Assembly: GCA_964247055.1 (NCBI GenBank)
Contig: OZ176050.1
Coordinates: forward strand, 8,618,001 to 8,682,000
Source of the DNA: Paragordius varius
Taxonomy: Eukaryota > Animalia > Nematomorpha
Length of the DNA stretch: 64,000 bases
Direction of reading: 5' to 3'
Shown here: positions 39,801-48,300 of the stretch, one piece after another
Position numbering within the stretch: position 1 is the first letter of the stretch
Layout of the letters: each line of letters begins with the position of its first letter
The notes under the pieces: generated by a model
Told to the model about the DNA's origin: nothing
Databases searched by the model: none
What the model saw: only the letters and a program-made list of their open reading frames with translations
Made by a program: the position numbers and the translations under genes

Positions 39801-42800
39801 ATATGAATCAAAAAATAAGCATTTTGTTCAAGGGTGAATTTGAATTGTTCAAGGGTGAATTTGAATTGTTCAAGGGTGAATTTGAATTGTTCAAGGGTGA
39901 ATTTGAATTGTTCAAGGGTGAATTTGAATTGTTCGAGGGTGAATTTGAATTGTTCAAGGGTGAATTTGAATTGGTTAAGGGTGAATTTGAACTGTAAATG
40001 GTATATATATATATATATGGGCATATCGAAATTTATACATACTTTATTTAGCGGTAAATGCTATAAACGGAAAACATCTTTTACGGATTTTTTCCCACAC
40101 AATAAATTATAATGTATATTTGTTTTTAAATTATATAACTTTATTCGTGAATTGTTTTTACCGGTTTCATGTTTTTTCGAGGAGGCGTTTGACTGTATAA
40201 ATTCTATGATATGTTACTCTTTAGGTTGTAAATCAGTTATGTTGGCGCGTTCAGCTATGCGCAATCTTTCGATTTTTTCTACTAACATGGAGAATCGGGA
40301 CAGTGTTATAGAGAAATATGTGTCAAAAGTATTTTATAAATCTGAAAATTATGCATTTAATTTATAACTCTAAATATCTTAAAAGTTCTCTTATTGTAAA
40401 TAGTACGATTCTTACTTTTAACTTTTAAAAAGTAAATTTTAAATATTTATATATATTATTGTGTTTGAAATCATGACCTTTTTAAAAAATAAAATGTCAT
40501 AAGTTAATACTTTAATCCGTTTCTTCAAAATTAATTTTATCATTTCGATTATGTAGCTATTTGTAACATATTTTTTCTACACGCTTAAAAAAAATGTTGT
40601 CAAGTTGCAAAATATTAAAACTGACGTCTGCTGTTAGTTTAACAAAGGTGATCCAATCAACAGCACGAATAGGAACCAGTATAGATATATAATATTAATT
40701 AGTTAGAGTTTTCTATGATATTAAGTTGTTTTAATAATATAACACGGTGTGCAAAAAGGGGGTATTTTTTCATGAGATAGCTTGGGGAATTCATTGACAA
40801 AAATTTTTATTTGTTGACGACCTAGTTTTTGAAACATTGAGAACAAACCGTAATTGAGCAAAAAGTGAAAATTGAGGATAATTAGAACTAGTTAAAAATT
40901 ATAAATAAAATCTTGAGATATTAAGATATACTATCATTTTATCAGACATTTACAATTTATAAATAGCTTAAAATCATATAGATAGGGTTATTATAAAAAC
41001 TTAGGTCAATTAATCGTGTTTTTTCTTTAACATATTTAATATACAAAATTTTTTTACGAAACTATACCATCTACAATTCAAATTCACTCTTAAACATTTC
41101 AAATTAACCCTCGCTTTGTTTAATAAGATTTAATAAATTTACCTATATTTTTATATATTTTTATAAAATAAAATTTTGTTTTAATTTAAAGCAATACTTA
41201 AAAAATAATAAACTATGCCATAAAGATATATTTTATATTAATAATGAGTTATATTAGTTCGAAAACACATAATTTATTTTTAGGTGATTTTGAATTGTTC
41301 AAGGGTGAATTTGTTCGAGTGTGAAGGTATAAGGGTGAATTTGAACTGTAAATGGTATATATTAATTTTTTTTAAATTATTTATCAGCTAAATTCACTAT
41401 TAATTATTAACTAAAAATTTATTGTTTTTATTTTTTCATTTTTTTGTTATTTAATTTTTTGAGGCATTAAAATATACTGTTTTATTTTGGAATCTTACAT
41501 GAGCGGGAATTATAAAGTGAAAATTTATACAAAATAAAGCAGTGCAATATCAACCAAAAATTGGTACGAATCCCGGTAACAGGTTTGATTTAACAGAATT
41601 TAATATTTTTTCTGGAATTTAATATACCACTATTTTTATATCCATTTGAAAATTTGAATACTTTATAATTCGTAAAAATTTAAAATAAAACATTAAATTT
41701 ACACTCATAAATCAGATGACAAAAAATGAAAATTATAAAACAATATATTGGTTTTATTTTGATATATAAGTTTTTTTTACTGTATAAAATATGAATGTTA
41801 GAATTTTAATAGTAAGTTTGGCTGGTAAGTAATTAAAAAAAATATTTTTATAGTTTCATAAAAAAAATTGTTTATTAAATATATTAAAGAAAAACCACGA
41901 TTTTTTGATCTAAGTTTTTATAAAAACCCTAACTATATGATTTTAGGCTATTTATAATTTTTAAATATCTGATAAAATGATAATAAATCTTAATATCTCA
42001 AGTTTAATCATTATTTTTTTAATATTCCCTAATTATCCTAAATTTTCACTTTTTGACCAATTTCGATTTTTCTCAATATTTTAGTCATCAACAAATAAAA
42101 ATTTTTGCGCCAAATGAATTCGCACGTTATAAGGTATATTTTCAATATTACTTTGCACACAGTGAAATACGAGGAGTATGTTCTAGCTTAACCACTTGTT
42201 TTTCATATAGCTTAAGTCATAATAATGTTTTTATTTATTAAAAACTTTATTTTCATATTTTTTTATCACAATATTATATTTACCTTAGGCCCTAACATAT
42301 GAAACCGAATTCAACAAAACAAAATGGAATTTGCAACAAATGTTTTATCACGACGGGAAAGGTGAAAAATTAAAACGGTTATTGAAAGCCAAAGATTACC
42401 AAGATTTAGGGTAACGATTGGATGATTAATATAAAATATACATAGTTATCTAAACACTAATAACAGCAATAGTAGAAACCGTTAAAAAACTGTTTCATTC
42501 AACTCAATTGAATTATTTTGTTTATATTGTTGATGCACGCATGTCAGTATGTGGGAGTCTCGTTAAAATTATACAATCATCTTTCATTATATAAGAAAAT
42601 TTTGAACAATTTACTCGATGTTTTGAAGGTTTTAGCCAGAAATCTATCAGTTGTTTGACGCTTATACTTTATTGAATTTATTCCTATAACAGATACAAAA
42701 TTTATTTGTCGAATTATAGCCGATCATTAACTGTTTTAAAATTTTTTTACATGTATTACTTGACCCACAAATTAAACACGCTCTTAAGAAACTTTTTTTT

Positions 42801-43407
42801 CATTATAACGATTTGAACATATTAATATACAATACTTGTAAAAAAATATCGCCCTTGATTTCAATTAAATTTATTGAATATTAAATGTATGTTTTGTGTT
42901 TACCAGAAATGTTTGGCATATCGACGATCACTTATTAAAGAATTACACAGCTCAAACTCTTCCCCAGAACAATGATGTAAATAAGCAACCATTAGATTTG
43001 GGTTTGTTTTAAGCTCATAATCGTATATAGGATCTAAAAAAATTATTATAGGCCACTATCATTACGAACCTAAACTTTGGAAGACAACCCTAATGCATTC
43101 CATCGAAAACTTTGAAAAATCTATTATAAACAAGTCTTCAAACCCAAAAATTGCTTTAATAGATATTTGCACAAAACTAAACCATGATTTACCATATCAT
43201 TACAGTGTATCAAACAATTATACAAACCAAAGCTTTAAAGGAATAACCTGTGTGAATGGAAAAAAATACTCAACAGAAAAATGGTAGGTTAATATTTAAT
43301 ATAATCTATATATACGTTATAGGGAAAAAAGCAAAAAGGTGGCGGAACAATCATCAGCATTATGTGCATTAGCTCATTTATTTACAATTAATAATGACAT
43401 AAACTAG
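34940..43407 (+). CDS. DUS2: tRNA-dihydrouridine(20) synthase DUS2 with C-terminal dsRNA-binding domain
   Basis: Exons 34940-35333 (or -35321), 35356-35523, 36256-36522, 40225-40328, 42289-42410, 42907-43001, 43031-43283, 43323-43407. Motifs [86 protein letters not shown]; dsRBD PKIALIDIC..FKGITCVNGKKY..WEKSKKVAEQSSALCAL. Confidence 0.92.
36759..36802. repeat. (TA)n microsatellite that hosts the hairpin transposon
   Basis: About 22 TA units left of the element; a shorter TA run (40002-40018) on the right. Confidence 0.9.
37258..38338 (-). CDS. Intact Tc1-like DD34E transposase (left arm)
   Basis: ORF 38208-37258 has VFIDECGF, FILDNAKIH and FLAPYSYMLNPIENAFSKIK, with 34 residues between the second D and E. 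The frame stays open upstream through HTH helix SEHDKKRLIKST; a predicted 22-nt intron (38295-38274) joins ATG 38338, giving 352 aa. Confidence 0.88.
38483..39567 (+). pseudogene. Frameshifted copy of the same transposase (right arm)
   Basis: Mirror of the left copy, except GACA-TA-TTTT becomes GACA-TACATA-TTTT (39196-39201). The +4 frameshift splits the ORF into 38613-39209 and 39187-39567, before the second catalytic Asp. Confidence 0.88.
41067..41355. mobile_element. MITE of the CCATTTAC/21-bp-repeat family (copy 4)
   Basis: TA|CCATCTACAATTCAAATTCAC ... GGTGAATTTGAACTGTAAATGG|TA. Confidence 0.82.
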
Positions 43408-43629
43408 TTACATTGATATATTATTTTCACTGATGTTTTTAATAATTTGAAATAGAGTTTCCGGATTCGATTTTATTTTCAGTAAATCAACAATATTTCT
43501 GGAATATATTAATATAATATACTTAAATATTTGAGGGTGAATTTCGATTCCTGCCAATAAATATAATTTATAATATTCTCTATCATCTGGCGTTAACAAA
43601 TTTTGAGCGAGGGACAGGTATGCTTCCAT
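43408..43629 (-). CDS. MZT2: Mitotic-spindle organizing protein 2 (MOZART2)-like
   Basis: MEAYLSLAQNLLTPDDREYYKLYLLAGIEIHPQIFK|NIVDLLKIKSNPETLFQIIKNI after removing the 24-nt intron 43522-43499; matches the MZT2 core (LYELAQAAG..IDPDVFKILVDLLKLNVAP..VFQMLK). Confidence 0.78.
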   Translation of the reverse strand: MEAYLSLAQNLLTPDDREYYKLYLLAGIEIHPQIFKYIILIYSRNIVDLLKIKSNPETLFQIIKNISENNISM

Positions 43630-43650
43630 TATCACACATTCATTTTCAAT

Positions 43651-44280
43651 ATGATTAATCGATGGTTTATGGGGATTATCGGTATCATTCTATTGCGTTG
43701 CTATTATGTCAAGCGATTGATTCGAAAAAAGAAAAAAATGATAAATTCCCAAAATCTTAACTGCTTGGTAGTCTTAGGATCTGGTGGCCACACCATGGAA
43801 ATGTTCAAACTTATACATGTATTGCCTGCGCAATTTAATATCCAATTCGTTTTGGCTGAAAATGATTACCAGAGCATATCAAAGTTAAAAATGTTTTACA
43901 AAGATAAAAATTACAAACCTATTGATCAAAAAATTATAAAAATTAAACGTTGCCGACAAGTTGGTCAACCTTTCCATACTGTTGTATACCCCTTTTTGCA
44001 TTCTTTCTACGAATCATATTTTATTTTACGCAATGCAAATCCCGACTTTATAATGACAAACGGACCTGGGACATGTATTCCAATTATTATGATGGCTGTT
44101 ATTTTGCAATTTCTAGGGTTAAATTCTAGTCCCATTGCCTACGTTGAAAGCGTTTGTCGAGTTTCGTCTTTATCCTTATCGGGAAAAATTGCATATTATT
44201 TTTCTGATTTATTTTTTGTGCAATGGAAAGATTTGTGGTATAAATATAAAAATGCTATTTATATTGGGCGATTTACATAA
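43651..44280 (+). CDS. ALG14: UDP-N-acetylglucosamine transferase subunit ALG14
   Basis: Intronless; N-terminal TM helix, LVVLGSGGHTMEM, IKRCRQVGQ, PDFIMTNGPGTCIPI, YVESVCRVSSLSLSGKI, FFVQW. First ATG is 43651 (the ORF track starts at a TTG). Confidence 0.93.
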   Translation: MINRWFMGIIGIILLRCYYVKRLIRKKKKMINSQNLNCLVVLGSGGHTMEMFKLIHVLPAQFNIQFVLAENDYQSISKLKMFYKDKNYKPIDQKIIKIKRCRQVGQPFHTVVYPFLHSFYESYFILRNANPDFIMTNGPGTCIPIIMMAVILQFLGLNSSPIAYVESVCRVSSLSLSGKIAYYFSDLFFVQWKDLWYKYKNAIYIGRFT

Positions 44281-44290
44281 TAAATAAAAC

Positions 44291-44758
44291 TTATATATTA
44301 TTTAAAGGTGTATATTCCACAGGTATTGCTTTGAGTTCCGATTTGCTACAAAGATATTCGGATATGACTGATGATATAGCAATCGAGGTTAGAATTATTA
44401 GCCAATATGAAAAAGTTATTGGTATTTTTTTGGTAATAATGGCCGATAATATCACATGTATGAAAATTATTGTAGTTGCAAAATCCAAGCACTGTCTACT
44501 TCGTTTGACAACAAACCAAATAAAAAAACTTAATACGAGAGAATTAACTATTATGCAAACGGAGATAACTTTGTGAAGGGGCGTTAAAAATGATACATAA
44601 TCAAGATTCATAATATATTCTGTTTGAAATTCAACGTCCATAGCTGAGAGGAGTATATACATTATAATAGAAAGACTAACATGATATAACAAAGATAAAA
44701 GAAGGATTTGCCAAATTATTTTTAAGGGATTCCATGATTTCGTACGAAATTTATTCAT
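44291..44758 (-). CDS. SYS1: Golgi trafficking membrane protein SYS1
   Basis: FRTKSWNPLKIIWQI, VKRSRQCLDFATTI, SEYLCSKSELKAIP are SYS1 signatures. A possible 32-nt intron (44795-44764) lies just upstream, with an in-frame ATG at 44805. Confidence 0.9.
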   Translation of the reverse strand: MNKFRTKSWNPLKIIWQILLLSLLYHVSLSIIMYILLSAMDVEFQTEYIMNLDYVSFLTPLHKVISVCIIVNSLVLSFFIWFVVKRSRQCLDFATTIIFIHVILSAIITKKIPITFSYWLIILTSIAISSVISEYLCSKSELKAIPVEYTPLNNI

Positions 44759-44901
44759 CGGTCCTAGAAAAAAAATGGGAAATTAGCATTCATACTATAA
44801 ATCATATGATAATTTTAAATCCAAAGAGTACGCTATTTATTACAGCTTTTATATTTTTTGTAGCTTTATATTTGTTAAAACCAATATTGAATATCAGAAA
44901 T

Positions 44902-45337
44902 ATGTCAAAATATAACGTTGTTTATGTAACTACACCAAATAAGAAAGTTGCCGAAGATATTGCTACGTTTTTTGTTTGATAACCGTAGAAAATTAATATT
45001 AAATCACGATGCTGCTTGCGTTAATATAGTCCCTGGAATTACATCTATGTAAGATGATGATATAAATAGATATATTTGGGAAAATAAAGTAAATAAAGAC
45101 GAAGAACATTTATTGGTTCATATAGAGTTTATTTATAAGATTATAAAATCCGTGACAGAAAAGTTTGCTAACATTACTTCAACTGTAAAGTAATAAGTAA
45201 GTTATGATATAGTAAATTATATCCATACGATACGCCTGAAATAATTTCAATACCTGTATGATTTATTATTTATATGGTAGATTAATAATGGAGATGAGAA
45301 GTATTTGAAATGGATTGAGTCATCTACGAATTTTTGA
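44902..45337 (+). CDS. CUTA: CutA divalent-cation tolerance protein homolog (6 exons, five 21-25-nt introns)
   Basis: Exons 44902-44966, 44989-45048, 45070-45115, 45140-45189, 45213-45255, 45281-45337 give MSKYNVVYVTTPNKKVAEDIATKLILNHDAACVNIVPGITSIYIWENKVNKDEEHLLIIKSVTEKFANITSTVNKLYPYDTPEIISIPINNGDEKYLKWIESSTNF, colinear with CutA. Confidence 0.9.
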
Positions 45338-48300
45338 CGTTTGAAATCATTTTTGCCACATCAACTATCAAATTCCAAATATTGTCTATATCTTCTTTAT
45401 TAGTTTTTGGACAACCAACTGGAAACCTATAAATATAATTTGTTTTTCTAAAATATTGCTAATTTAGGAATAAACAGTGTATAAAAAAGCTATATTTTTG
45501 GGAATAACTTGATTGCGGCAGATAGCTATTTTACTTTACGGCTAAATAGGATATAAAATGAAATTTTGTATTTAATAACGCGAACCGCCATTTTAGCTGT
45601 ATAATTATTTGCTTTATTTTAATATTTAAAATATATAAGTGTATTTTTAGATTCAGAGAATATCGTGCTATAAAATGCTACGCATAAAATATTTTGCCAA
45701 TTATTCCAGGATTAAAATAATTATACTTCCAAATTAGCCATTTGACCAAAAACGATCGGATCAATTTCAAAATTTGATAAAAATAATCCACTGGAAATGA
45801 TTTCGAATCCTTTTTTTAATGTAAAAAACACCTATATATTATATACTAGCTCTGACTCTCACGCATCGCTATGACCTAATCGAAGTGGAGTATTTGCAAT
45901 AATATGAATAAAATTAGGATATTAAAGCCCAAGCTTAAATATCTTTTATTGTGCCTATTAAGTATTTCCAATAATTAAATATCATTTTTTATCGATTATT
46001 ATAACAAACTTATTGGGTATATAAATGATAATAAATTTTTTTTTATTTTAATTTTCAATGCCCTAAAGCAATTTTCAATAAATTTGATCTATGTAAGTAC
46101 TCATAAAATATTCTAAAATAATGCTTTATCAGAATTTTTAAAAGTTAGAAAAATTTTAACACATTCTCGACTATGTGAACACTTTTATATTTTTGAGTCT
46201 GAAGATGAGTGGCTATTTTTTGCTTATCTTGATTTTACGATCAAACCCAAAAATGATTGGTTCCTTATTGTAAATGTGCATTAAATTCGAATAGATCTGC
46301 ACGTTTTCTGCCAATAGACACAAAAATTTCTGGCGCATATAGATGTAAGAGTCTTTACCCTTAATTTAAATAAAGCGGTTAGTCGCAAATACTTAAGACC
46401 GTTAATGATTTTATATGCTCATAAGTTTTTCAAAAATTATAGTTCTTGCGAAACAATATCCGACTATTTTCACTCATTTATTAATGAAGAAAAAAAATTT
46501 TTTTAAATTTTAATAGGCCTCCCCGTATAAATATTGCTTTAAAGACATGTATTTTTGGGGAATCGTATTTTTACAAAAACATCTTACATACGGTGTGTTA
46601 CCAACAATTACCTAAAAAGTGATATGACGCAATATAAAATATTCCATATCTTGAACGGACCGCCATTATTACGGTAAAATTATTAAAAGTCGATAATTAC
46701 AAGTTCTAGGTTTGTTCGAAGAATTGTTTTTTTTTTTCAAGATATCAATTTAATCTTTATGGAAAAATGCAACTTTTTGCGCTTTATTCAGCAAATGATA
46801 TATTTCAATTCATTTTTGTCGTGTCTTACAAAACTAGACATACATATTATAAATTTTCAATATTTGAAATTTTAAAAATAACAGATGTTTTTTATACTAA
46901 ATCTCTGCTTATAATTTTAAAAATTTCTGCAAAAAAATATAATTAACACAAGCACTTAAAGCAACTCTGCATTTAAACATATAAGAAAAATGCATTTTCC
47001 ACTATAGTGAGTCCCTAAAGTTTCAATATTTAGAGTTGTGATTGCTACAAAGAATTTCCATTAAATTTGCAATTATTTTGTCCTAAAATTTTTAACCAAA
47101 GCATAGAAAGATTAAATACGAATGTTTAGATTTGCTGGAAATATTATATGGTTCCTATTTAATTCTTTCCATTTTAGAGAGCTGCCAAAAACAATAAATC
47201 ATTTAATAGAGCGTTTTTAAAGATTTACAATTTTGACATTTATAAAGTATCGTTGGTCGAATTTTAAAAATTAACTTTATATATTTGCTAAAATTTTTAT
47301 TTTTAATTGATATGCGATAAAATTCTATAATTCTATAATTGCTGTTACAATTTTTACTTCCTTGACTCGTGGGCGCTATAAAATTGTTTTTTTTCAAACA
47401 TTATAAGTTTATGGGGTTTAATTTTATTTTAAACCATAATTTCAATTTTACTGGTGCATATATTGCCAATCAGTATGATTTCCTAGGTGTGCATGTATGT
47501 TTTAATATTCAGAATTAACAAAGCACGATTCATTAATTTTAACCCATAATGAATATACTATTTCCCAGTCAAAAAAAACTTCCCAGTCAATCGAAACGTT
47601 TTCCCAGTCAATCGAACATTTTCCCAATCAATCTTCCCGGTCAATAGAAACATTTTTCCAGTCAATCGAAACGTTTTCCCAGTCAATAAAAACGGTTTAT
47701 TTTTGATGATTAATATCAAAACAAGATATAAGAATAACTTTTAAACATTATCAGCGTAATATTAGGATATTATTTTTTATAAAAAAACAATATTTGAATG
47801 ACAATTTTTCCAATTTTATTCCAGTCAATCAAATATGACTTCTTCTTTTAAAGTTACATTTTGGAATTCGAGATATTTTTAAGATAATATTTATTGTTTT
47901 ATAGATGGTTCGCATTATATTTGTTGCGCTAACTTATAAAAATAGTTACGGATAAAATAATAAAATTTCTAAAAATATACCATTTTTATCTCAAAGGTCA
48001 TTTAACACTTCAAATTGGATCTTAAACATATTTACCTTATTTATATAATATTTATCATTCATTCCATCGGTGGCCAAACGCGGCCCTCCGAGATTCTTTT
48101 AGTGGCCCGCGAAAAATTTGGAAATCCATAGGCAAAAACCTGCCCACAAAATCTTTGTAAAATTAATATTTACGCAATTTTTCTGAATAAGTCTATTTGG
48201 CAACGAATTGAAAAAATTGTTATATTGATTTATTTTTTAGTCTTATGTCTAAAATCGAATAAATTATTAATAAATGCCCGTATATATTTCAATCGTGCTT

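Larger units (their letters stand above)
36803..40001. mobile_element. 3.2-kb hairpin IS630/Tc1/mariner-superfamily transposon carrying two divergent transposase copies
   Basis: TA|CCATTTACAGTTCAAATTCACCC ... GGGTGAATTTGAACTGTAAATGG|TA. Arms 36803-38384 and 38437-40001 are reverse complements with a 52-nt unique spacer. There are 9 (left) versus 8 (right) 21-bp subterminal units. It lies within DUS2 intron 36523-40224. Confidence 0.93.

Noticed and set aside
36803-40001. Hairpin as an amplification or assembly chimera
   Set aside because: Unique flanks on both sides continue DUS2 in correct exon order, both ends are proper TA-flanked termini, and the arms differ by a 4-bp insertion and one repeat unit. 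Long reads are still the definitive test.
42547-42640. Frame YVGVSLKLYNHLSLYKKIL as a DUS2 exon
   Set aside because: 42289-42410 (ALTYETEFNKTKWNLQQM) matches DUS2 better and has compatible splice phases on both sides.
44902-45337. Non-standard genetic code or readthrough to explain stops in CutA
   Set aside because: Every interruption is bounded by GT..AG and several shift the frame; long single-exon ORFs (ALG14, SYS1, transposase) translate cleanly with the standard code.
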